Assembly (NCBI RefSeq): GCF_004010195.1
Contig: NC_057752.1
Span: 3,755,618-3,775,617, forward strand
Length of the DNA stretch: 20,000 nucleotides
Reading direction: 5' to 3'
Source: Chiloscyllium plagiosum
Taxonomy: Eukaryota
This document shows, one piece after another, positions 1 through 8,644 of this stretch (position 1 is its first letter; every line of letters starts with the position of its first letter). The translations under genes and the position numbers were made by a program. The notes beneath the pieces are model-generated. The model did not search any database. It had not been told where the DNA came from and saw only the letters and a list, made by a program, of their open reading frames with translations.

Positions 1-102
1 CTTCATTAACAATATGAAGGACAGACCTATTTGATGTTTGCACAATCTTAATTGTGGACAAAATGGCTGCCACAGTTCCCATAACAGCCACATCATTGCA
101 GA

Positions 103-255
103 GAGTGGTGCTGGAAAAGCACAGCAGGTCAGGCAGCATCTGAGGAGCAGGGAAATCGACGTTTTGGGCAAAAGACCTTCATCAGGAATGAGCTGCTGTG
201 CTTTTCCAGCACCACTCTAATCTTGACCTCTGATCTGCAGTCCTCACTTTCACCT
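103..255. mobile_element. Miniature fold-back Penelope-like element (PLE) terminus insertion
   Basis: Perfect 26-bp inverted repeat at 102-127/193-218. Homologous to the PLE 3' termini at 916-1080 and 19794-20000. Flanked by near-identical direct repeats acatcattgcaga (90-102) and acataattgcaga (256-268). Confidence 0.8.
158..185 (-). ncRNA. Degenerate minimal hammerhead ribozyme motif (PLE type)
   Basis: Reverse complement reads CTGATGA-A-GGTC-TTTT-GCCC-AAAA-C-GTC. The conserved GAAA is mutated to AAAA, so it is probably inactive. Confidence 0.55.
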
Positions 256-652
256 ACATAATTGCAGAAGTCTTTTGAGAACACAATGTGGTTTGAGGTA
301 CAACTTGCATCTATATAGAGCCTTATACTGCAAAGCCCGTTACACGCAATAGATTTTATGTTTGCCTGCAGCAACTGTTACACGGATGAAGAGGGGGGAG
401 GCCTACTCCCTCCACCTCACTCTCTCTGTAAACAGTGAGATCAATTGGGATCAATATGTGCCCGGAGGAAGTTAAACTGGATTCACTGCATTTTACCTGC
501 CTGCTTTCTGTCAGGCTCAATGATTCCAGCACACCAGACTGACATCTGGAAGTATTATCAGCATAATTACTACGACGCCTCAGATTGAAGCGCCTAGCAA
601 TATGCTGCCTTTAAATGATCAGGTCAGGCAGCATCCAGGGAACAGGAGAATC

Positions 653-680
653 AACGTTTCGGGCATAAGCCCTTCTTCAG
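653..680 (-). ncRNA. Minimal hammerhead ribozyme motif (PLE type)
   Basis: Reverse complement reads CTGAAGA-A-GGGC-TTAT-GCCC-GAAA-C-GTT: CUGAnGA and GAAA boxes, 4-bp helix II, palindromic ACGU helix III, GUU triplet. Confidence 0.7.
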
Positions 681-956
681 GAATGAGGAAAGTTTGTCCA
701 GCAGGCTAAGATAAAAGTTAGGGAGGAGGGACTTGGGGGAGGGGCGTCGGAAATGTGATAGGTGGAAAGAGGTCAAGGTGAGGGTGATAGGTCAGACTGG
801 GGTGGGGGCGGAGAGGTCGGGAAGAAGATTGCAGGTTAGGAAGGCGGTGCTGAATTCGATGGATTTGACTGAGACAAGGTGGGGGGAGGGGAAATGAGGA
901 AACTGGTGAAACCCGCTACCTTTTACCTTAGCCTGCTGGACACACTTTCCTCATTC

Positions 957-984
957 CTGAAGAAGGGCTTATGCCCGAAACATC
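957..984 (+). ncRNA. Minimal hammerhead ribozyme motif (PLE type)
   Basis: CTGAAGA-A-GGGC-TTAT-GCCC-GAAA-C-ATC. Core boxes are intact; the helix III G is changed to A. Confidence 0.65.
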
Positions 985-1310
985 GATTCTCCTGTTCCCT
1001 GGATGCTGCCTGACCTGCTGCGCTTTTCCAGCAACACATTTTCAGCTCTGATCTCCAGCATCTGCAGACCTCACTTTCTCCTGCCTTTAAATGATGTCCA
1101 GTAATCTGACCGAAACAACAAAAATACTAGCTTCTGAAACTAGCTTGCCATGGTCATGAAATGTTCGAAGTGTGGCACATGAGCAATTCCCTCTGATTAG
1201 GGATTTCATTTGGACAGCCACTTCCATGAATTGCAGGTTTCCCTCTCCATATCTTTTAGTTGTTGCCTCGTTACATATTTGGACATTTAGAAATTACGGT
1301 ATCCACTTCA

Positions 1311-1620
1311 GGGGTGGCACGGTGGCCCAGTGGTTAGCACTGCTGCCTCATACACCAGGGTCCCAGGTTTGATTCCAGCCTTGGGCGACTGTCTGTGTGG
1401 AGTTTGCGCATTCTCCCCGTGTCTGCGTGGGTTTCCTCCGGGTGCTCCGGTTCCCTTCCAAAGATGTGCAACGGTTCAGGTGAACTGGCTGTGCTCAATT
1501 GCCCGTAGTGCTAGGTGCACTAGTCAGAGGGAAATGGGTCTGGGTGGGTTACTCTTCGGAGGGTCAGTGTGGACTGGTTGGGCTGAAGGACCTGTTTCCA
1601 CACTGTAGGGAATCTAATCT
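1311..1620 (+). mobile_element. HE1-type tRNA-derived SINE (V-SINE), near full length
   Basis: A box TGGCCCAGTGG, B box GGTTTGATTCC, V-domain core GTGTGGAGTTTGC..TTCTCCCCGTGTCTGCGTGGGTTTCCTCCGGGTGCTCCGG, CR1-like tail ending (ATCTA)n. Five more copies occur in the window. Confidence 0.92.
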
Positions 1621-1859
1621 CCGAGAGACAGATGAAATCTTACATTTTCCACCTCCCATGTCAATGCGGCCACTAACCACGGGAATGAGCTGTAGTGATA
1701 GGCTTGAATACCTGATTTCAACATTCAACATTGATTTGTGTCACTTTCCTCATTAACGCCTACGTTGTCTTCACAGTGGGGCAACATGATTTGTTCCTTC
1801 GCCAAAACACTGAAGGTGTGAAGGACTTAATGACATAATCTTGCCTGACAGTCCTATGT

Positions 1860-1934
1860 TTTCCAGAGGGACTGCTCCATTCTCGGAGGTGCTGCCTTTT
1901 GAATGAAACTTAAATCAGACATCTTCCTACTCAG
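1860..1934 (+). mobile_element. Old DeuSINE-like fragment (appears to continue at about 2575-2598 and 2701-2845)
   Basis: agagggactgctccattctcggaggtgctgccttt resembles gagggagtgctgcactgtcagaggtgtcaccttt at 2943-2976. Confidence 0.5.
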
Positions 1935-2570
1935 GTCAAGAGTCAAGAGGAGCTTTATTTGCTATTTCTACCATATGCGACTGATACAGCAAAAACCAGA
2001 CAGCGTTCCTCCAGGACCAAGGTGCTACATGGACAGTGCAAACTACACGATCATACACAGGGCAGCATAAAGTGCAAAACACGCAAGACAGCACAGTAAT
2101 TCCTGACACTTCAAGACAACAGGCAGTGGTGTACAAATTAAAGTGTAATTAAAGAATGATAATTAATAAAACATTGTTCTAGCAGCAATTCGTAGTTGTG
2201 CAAAGAGTTTCAGATAGAATAGAGTCTGATCATACAGTGTTAAGGAGCCTGATGGTCCGGGGGAAGAAACTGTTGCATAGTGAGAGACCGAATGCTCTGG
2301 TATCTTCTGCCACATGGCAGGAGGGAATAGAGTTTGAGGGAGGGACGAGTGGGCTCTTCCATAATGCTCTTAGTCTTTTGGAGACAGCGTGTGGTGTAAA
2401 TGTCTGTAATGGAGGGAGGAGAGACCCCGATGATGCTCTCAGCTGCCCTCACTATCCAGCGTAGGGTCTTATGATCTGAGACGGTGCACTTCCCAAACCA
2501 GGCAGTGAAGCAGCAGCTCAGGGTACTCTCAATGAGCCCTCTGTAGAATGTGGTGAGGATGGGAGGGGTG
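1935..2570 (-). mobile_element. Rex1/Babar-clade LINE, 5'-truncated 3' end (post-RT C-terminal domain plus 3' UTR)
   Basis: ORF 2240..2590 encodes FYRGLIESTLSCCFTAWFGKC..LRWIVRAAESIIG..PSITDIYTTRC..LLPCGRRYQSI, typical of the Rex1 C-terminus. Ends with AATAAA followed by CTTGA-type repeats. Confidence 0.85.
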
Positions 2571-2845
2571 GGGGGTGACATTAAGCACATTCAGAGAGGA
2601 GCAATGGGGTGGTTCATCAAGCATACTGGTAGAGTCCCTACCTCTGAGCTAGGAGTCCCAATTTCAAGGCGTGTAACAACATCTCTGAATAGGCTGATCC
2701 TCAGAGAGATTCGAGGAGTTGTCCCAGTGTTCTGCTCAGCATTCCTACCTCAATTAACAATACCAAAAAAAAAAGTGACTGTTCATTCATCCCTTTAATA
2801 CGGGTTGAATCGATGGACAAAATGGCTGCTGCTTTCATCCACGTG

Positions 2846-3215
2846 AGTAAGCATTAGCTCAATGAATCAGAAGGTCCCGGGTTCAAGACCCTTTCTCAAG
2901 TCTTCGGCACATTAATCAAAGCTGACATTTCGGTATCGAACTGAGGGAGTGCTGCACTGTCAGAGGTGTCACCTTTCTGTTGTAATGTTCAAACAAGGTC
3001 CCATTTATCCTGTTGGGGGCCCGATTTGAAGAAGAGCGAAGCAATTCTCCACGATGTCTAGGCCCATATTTATGTCTCAACCAACACCTAACAGAGAACA
3101 TCTGATCATCTGGGGGATGCCACTGCATGCAAAGTGGCTGCCACATTCCCTACATTACAATAGTGGCCACAGTCCATTGGCTGTAAAATGTCCTGAGGTC
3201 ATGAAAGGTGATAGA
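2846..3215 (+). mobile_element. DeuSINE (SacSINE1/AmnSINE1-related Deu domain), decayed
   Basis: B-box-like GGTTCAAGACCC, then GAGGGAGTGCTGCACTGTCAGAGGTG, GAAGAAGAGC, TGGCTGCCACATTCCCTACATTACAA, CATTGGCTGTAAA and TCCTGAGGTCATGAAAGG, in the order recalled for the Deu domain and tail. Confidence 0.7.
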
Positions 3216-4094
3216 AGATGTGATGCACTTATGATGTTTGAGAGATGTGACTGGAAAATCTTTTTCATCATTTCAACCACAGATATTACTATTGGAAAGA
3301 GCAATTACTTGAAAACCTGCTTTTGAAGATTATTGACTAAGCCTCATACCATGCTGCGATGTGAGGTTGGAGATCTAATTGAGGTTCAGAGGTTATCCAG
3401 GGAGCAGGCATTGGTCTGCCTGGGAGTTACAACATCTGACTGGAACATGTCCCAAGCCAGCCCGATTTTTTATTTGTCAGTGCCAGCTGTCCCTCTATTG
3501 GAGGATGACGTCAACTTCGGGTTGCGGGTTCCTGTCGTGGGGTCTTCATTCACTGAGCAGGCTCCTTCTCAATCTGCAGATTTTTGGGCATGTGGGATCG
3601 GTCACCTCACAAGCGAGTGGGATCCAGAGAGCAGGGTTCTTTTCTTTCCTTCTCAGCCGCCATTCTGCCTCATACGGTATTTCGACACAAAGCAAGATGC
3701 AGTTTATTGGACAACTTGCCTCCATTTTGAACAACTGTCCTTCCATCCATTCCTGTCAATGCTGCTGATATTCCCTGTACTGGTGTCACTTGATGAGTTT
3801 CTGGTAATGATGAGATGTAAATGGCAGAAGTAATAGCGAGGATTCAAACAGCAAAGTCCATCAGTGAAAAACAAACACAAATGGTGGCATGAGGCCATTC
3901 CATTTCAAAAATTCATAAAAAATATCTTTATGTTCGTTTCTGTACAATGGCATATGAAGAAACAAACAAACATTGGAGTTTTACTCCATCCAACAAACAA
4001 ACCCTTGGCATTCCTGAATTGTGCGAGACTGTATTTCCATGCACTTGAGACACCAGGAGAGTCTGATAACTGAACGGAGCCTCAGTTAACTTCA

Positions 4095-4215
4095 GCAGAC
4101 AGTGGTCTTTCCCCACCATGCCTTGGCAGCAGCTGCCCCAGGCTTTACTACATCCCTCAGCGTGTCATCCTGGACCTTGGAACGTGCCAGTCTGTAACAC
4201 TCAGTCAAGGCCAAC
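4095..4215 (-). mobile_element. Tx1/L1-group LINE ORF2 C-terminal fragment
   Basis: Translation LTECYRLARSKVQDDTLRDVVKPGAAAAKAWWGKTTV resembles recalled Tx1-like ORF2 ends. Confidence 0.55.
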
Positions 4216-4304
4216 TGAGTAAAAATGTGCAAAAGGTGACAAAGATGTCCCTCAGCTCCTCTGCAAGCTATTGCTTCAGTGGCTGCAGGGGACAGTAGTT
4301 GGAG

Positions 4305-4578
4305 TAGATTAATTAGAGTAGATTCCCTACAGTATGGAAACAGATCCTTTGGTCCAACAAGCCCACACCGATCCTCCGAAGAGCAATCCACCCACCCATT
4401 CCCTACATTTACCCCTGACTAATCCACCTGACACTACGGGCAATTTAGCATGGCCAATTCACCTAACCTGCATATCTTTGGACTGTGGGAGGAAACCGGA
4501 GCACCCGGAGGAATCCCACGCAGACACAGGGAGAATGTGCAAACTCCACACAGACAGTTCCCCAAGGTGGGAATTGAA
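4305..4578 (-). mobile_element. HE1-type SINE, 5'-truncated at the B box
   Basis: Reverse-complement match to 1368-1620, including the V domain and (ATCTA)-like tail. Confidence 0.9.
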
Positions 4579-5289
4579 TACTCTTTATAGTGAGGGATTA
4601 CAGGTTACTCCTTTGAGCAGAATGTTGGTGAAGTGCCTCAATGGTAAACAATTATAAATTCTGTTCTAGACCATAAATTAACTAATGTAATTTGTAGGCT
4701 ATAATAACTAATAGATCGCAGCATCGCCTAATGGATGCAAAACACAATAACAGTGATTAGCTCAGACCTGGCATTATCTCTGCCAAATGATAGTTAAATC
4801 AAATTATCTTGGGTCAGTGTCCTTTTTCGAAGAAACATGAAGTTCCGGTCACATACCGAGCAGTTGTTGCTGTACTCCAGCTTCACTTCATTCTAAACAT
4901 CAGGTTTAAGTACAATAGTAATGACTGAGATGTTTGATTTAAGACATACTAGAACATGCTTCATTGCTTCCAAGTATGCTGCAATAGGAAGAGTAGAGAA
5001 GCTATTATACTTGAACTCTCTGAAACTCTCCCCAATTCTGAGAGTAACATCTAAATACATAGCTCATGGGCAATGGTTCATGAAAGAATTTGTTTCAGAA
5101 GCTTTTAGTCACAAGCACTGCAGGCAAAAATGATTGAAGACGATTGTTTTCTCAGCTTGGTAAACACCATCAATTATTCAATGTCCCACATATTAAATGG
5201 GACCTTTTTTAAAATACACACTGGAACACTGCACAATGTAGGTCTTAAAGTGATAAGTTAAACACAGTTAGATGTAATTTTTCAGTTGC

Positions 5290-5546
5290 ATCATTCCTCA
5301 GGCCATCTGTTGCTGAAACCCTCATCTGCTTTTTTGCTTCCTCTGACCTCAAATATTCCAATACTTTCCCATCATCAATATGCACAAAGTTATCCAAAAC
5401 CCTGTTGTTTACACCTTAACTCACATGAATTTTTATCCATGCATCACTTAAATGGCCACTGGCCTACACTTGGTCCTGGTACAGCAATGCCTCCATTTTA
5501 AAATTCTTAAATTTGTTTGCAAACCCCTGGCTCCTCCTTATCTCTG
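5290..5546 (+). mobile_element. Ancient L2-clade LINE ORF2 C-terminal fragment
   Basis: Frameshifted peptides AETLICFF.SSDLKYSN, IQN, QCLHFKIL and LAPPYL follow the L2 pattern AETLIHAF..SRLDY.N..IQN..FKIL..LAP.YL. Confidence 0.7.
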
Positions 5547-5840
5547 AAATCATAGAGTCATAGAGATGTACAGCATGGAAACAGACCCTTCAGTCCAACC
5601 CGTCCATGCCAACCAGATATCCCAACCCAATCTAGTCCCACCTGCCAGCACCCGGCCCATATCCCTTCAAACCCTTTCTATTCATATACCCATCCAAATG
5701 CCTTTTAAATGTTGCAATTGTACCAGCCTCCACCACATCCTCTGGCAGCTCATTCCATACACGTACCACCCTCTGTGTGAAAAAGTTGCCCCATAGGTCT
5801 CTTTTATATCTTTCTCCTCTCACCCTAAACCTATGCCCTC
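5547..5840 (-). mobile_element. CR1/HER1 LINE 3' end
   Basis: Encodes NFFTQRVVRVWNELPEDVVEAGTIATFKRHLDGYM, followed by a 3' UTR with (GACTCTAT)n tail. Reverse-complement match to 14985-15272. Confidence 0.92.
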
Positions 5841-6267
5841 AAGTTAATATCCTCCTCATTATTTTTTTCTGTTGCACAGGTCTCCAATTGGCGTGCACGA
5901 AACCTCTTGGATGCGCAGCTGAGAGAGAATATTGTCTGTAACCTGCCCCATCCTTCTCCCCTCCTGAAGCCCCTCCATACACTGTGTGCTGTCTGTTCAA
6001 TTTCACTGAGCACTGGCAGCTTGCCAATATTTTGTACAAGCCACCCAACCAGGGAAACAGTTTGTGATGGCACTGGCTGTTAGGGGTGTCTCTTCCAACA
6101 CCTGTCCAGCTTGCACCAGAGTGGAACATTGCCCCGAACTGCTCTTTCAAAGTCTTAACAGAGTCTGTTTTTGCAGCTCCTTCATTGGACTGTGACTTCT
6201 GCTCAGGATTGGACGTTTTATAACAAGCAAGGATGGAACATAAACATAAGATTAAGTCAACTTGCCT

Positions 6268-6383
6268 ATAGTCAGACAGCAGGGAAACAGACCCTTTAGT
6301 CAATCCCAAACTCAACTAGTCCCATCTGCCTGCTCCTGGCCCATATCCCTCCTAACCTTTCTTGTTCATGTCCTTATCCAAAT
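6268..6383 (-). mobile_element. CR1/HER1 LINE 3' tail fragment with internal deletion
   Basis: ggaaacagaccc..ctagtccca.ctgcc..ggcccatatccc is shared with 5577-5700. Confidence 0.75.
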
Positions 6384-6404
6384 TAACCAATAATAACCAC
6401 CACT

Positions 6405-6860
6405 GCACCCGGTACGGAGGAGGGAGGGCAGGTCTGAAGACCTCCTCGTGGGTCTGCTCCTGGGCCTGGCGAAACTGACCATAAACAGGTCCAGGCAGCG
6501 GGCCGTGGAGGGGGTCGTTAGGGCCGACTGCCTGCCCCTCTTCCGCGGTTACGTTAGAGCCCGGGTGTCCTTGGAGAAGGAGCACGCGGTCTCCACCAAC
6601 ACCCTGGAGTTGTTCAGGGAGAGGTGGGTGCCGCAGGGAGTGGAGTGCATTATTTCCCCCTCCAACTCTATGTTGGTTTAATCCCTGCCCTCCCCTTCAC
6701 TGTTTGATCACACAGCATTGCCCTTTGATGTGAAGGGGTGTTTCCTTTCTTCCTGGTGGTGGAAATTGAATAAAGATTTGTACACCTTGTGTCTTTCACT
6801 GGGTCTCACACCTGCACACACACACAACATGGGTACTGGGGAAAAATATATAAAAAAACA
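6405..6860 (+). mobile_element. Tx1-clade LINE 3' end (ORF2 C-terminus plus 3' UTR)
   Basis: GC/CpG-rich ORF LLVGLLLGLAKLTINRSRQRAVEGVVRADCLPLFRGYVRARVSLEKEHAVSTNTLELFRERW..VECI ends at 6681. AATAAA at 6769-6774, then an A-rich end. Confidence 0.75.
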
Positions 6861-7200
6861 GAAGTGTCAGATATCCTGTTCATTCTGACAGCTGGCTCTG
6901 AGAGACTCTCCACATGTAAATAAAGGGTGACTTGGTGACAGAAAAAAAAATAAACACTGCATAGCTGCCAAATCTCATTTGGCTTAAACAATCTAATTTG
7001 ACCTAAACTTTTAAAAGTAGATAAAACTGGATATACTTAATGGAATTAGTCTGATATCATTGATCATAATCTCTTTCTCAACAGTTGCCCAAGAGTGGCA
7101 ATATTACCAGTCTTTAAAGTCTGTGCTGTCTTTCCAAAGCACTGTTTGAGATTGTTAAGTGTTTAAATAAACATGCTTAAACAGCTGGGATAGTTTCAGC

Positions 7201-7266
7201 AGAGAGCCAGCACAGACAATGATAGGCCAAATGGCCTCCTTTTCCACTGTATCATTTTGTGATTCT
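7201..7266 (+). mobile_element. Short CR1-type 3' tail remnant
   Basis: cacagac..gataggccaaatggcctcct..ctgta..gattct stem-loop tail like those of the other CR1/HE1 ends. Confidence 0.55.
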
Positions 7267-7307
7267 TTAAAATCTGGAGCTACTTTCCATTCAGAATCTC
7301 AACCAAA

Positions 7308-7607
7308 AGATTAGATTAGATTCCCTACAGTGTGGAAACAGGCCCTTCGGCCCAACAAGTCCACATTGACCCTCCAAAGAGTAACCCACCCAGACCCATT
7401 TCCTTCTAGCTAATGCACCTAACACTATGGCAATTTAGAATGGCCAATTCACCTGACCTGCACATCTTTGGACTGTGGGAGGAAACCCACACAGGCACAA
7501 AGAGAATGTGTAAACTCTACACAGACAGTCACCCAAGGCTGGGATCAAACCTTAGGTCCCTTGCACTATGAGGCAGCAGTGCTAACCACTGAGCCACCAT
7601 GCCACCC
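7308..7607 (-). mobile_element. HE1-type SINE, near full length
   Basis: Reverse-complement match to 1311-1620. (TAGAT)n tail at 7308; head GGGTGGCATGGTGGCTCAGTGGTTAGC at 7607. Confidence 0.92.
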
Positions 7608-8132
7608 TTAACTTGCAGAATTTTTGATCCTTACAGAAGTTTCTCCTCTTATATTGGATTCTTTATTTGCTGAATAAAAGCCATTCACAATGAAATCATA
7701 TAAGACCAATTAGCCTGAAGCTCTCTTCCAGACAACATGCAGAAACATGAAAGGCTTGTCAAAGTTTGACTTGCTATGCTAATAAGACAATTAGCTCTTC
7801 ACTAGCATTACGAACATCATCAGCTGTGCAGTGTTCTGTTTTTTTTGTCCCTGATTTGAATTGGCAATATAAGTCAATTCTGCATGAGGAGCAGGTATTG
7901 TTCTCAAACAGCACCTTCAGTGTGATTGAACTGTAAAGCGAGTTATCCATCATAGGGACACTTCCTGGCAGAATAAAGAACTCAACCAAAATGTATAGGA
8001 AAATATTGCACATGACTTCAAGTGTACAGCATTCATATTGATAAAAGAAAAGATCACAGGTAAGATTGTGACCTTCATCTCTGTGGCCAGGGGAGGAAGG
8101 TCCAGATGATAGCTATTTAACTATTTAAACTG

Positions 8133-8526
8133 AAAAAAAAAACAAACTGTGGATGCTGGAGATAGATTAGATTACTTACAGTGTGGAAACAGGCCCTTCG
8201 GCCCAACAAATCCACACCGACCCATTCCCCTACACCTAACACTATGGGCAATTTCAGCACAGCCAATTCACCTGGCCTGCACATCTTTGGACTGTGGGAG
8301 GAAACCCACACAGACACGGGGAGAATGTGCAAACTTCAGTCAGTTGCCTGAGTCGGGAATTGAACCCGGGCCTCTGGCGCTGTGAGGCAGTAGTGCTGAC
8401 CACTGTGCCACCGTGCCACCCAACAAAACAAGAACAGAAAGTGCTAGAGAAACTCAGTAGGACTGACAGCACCTGTCGAGAGAGAAACAGAGTTAATGTT
8501 TCAGGTCTAGTGATCCTATGTCAGAG
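8133..8526 (-). mobile_element. PLE 3' terminus (second family) split by an HE1 SINE
   Basis: 8423-8526 is a reverse-complement homologue of 16622-16718, including a degenerate hammerhead-like motif. 8133-8162 (rc atctccagcatccacag) supplies the extreme 3' end seen at 1051-1067. Confidence 0.65.
8163..8421 (-). mobile_element. HE1-type SINE with internal deletions
   Basis: Intact tRNA-like head (rc GGGTGGCACGGTGGCACAGTGG..GGTTCAATTCCC), V domain and (TAGAT)n tail. Confidence 0.92.
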
Positions 8527-8644
8527 CCATTAAAACATCATGCTTGTGTTTCATACCAGAAGTGTATCTTGATTACTCTCAACTCTCCATTATTTTCCAC
8601 TTAGTAAAATTATTGTATGAAGGAGATCTTTCTCATTGCATATG

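Larger units (their letters stand above)
620..1080. mobile_element. Non-autonomous Penelope-like element with inverted pseudo-LTR arrangement (both 3' ends facing outward)
   Basis: 102-bp inverted arms at 620-721 and 916-1017 with 5 mismatches. Perfect 15-bp direct repeat ctgcctttaaatgat at 605-619 and 1081-1095 (TSD). The left part closely matches 19860-20000. Confidence 0.88.

Noticed and set aside
620..1017. DNA transposon/MITE with terminal inverted repeats
   Set aside because: The arms are asymmetric (the right side extends 63 bp beyond the inverted repeat), match PLE termini that occur singly elsewhere in the window, and are flanked by a long 15-bp TSD.
1311..1380. tRNA gene (also the heads at 7540-7607, 8350-8421, 13865-13930 and 17656-17725)
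   Set aside because: These are tRNA-like A/B-box heads fused to V-SINE bodies and LINE tails, so they are SINEs.
6860..6950. Possible LTR fragment (aataaagggtgacttggtgac)
   Set aside because: Too short, with no partner LTR, primer-binding site or internal sequence in the window.
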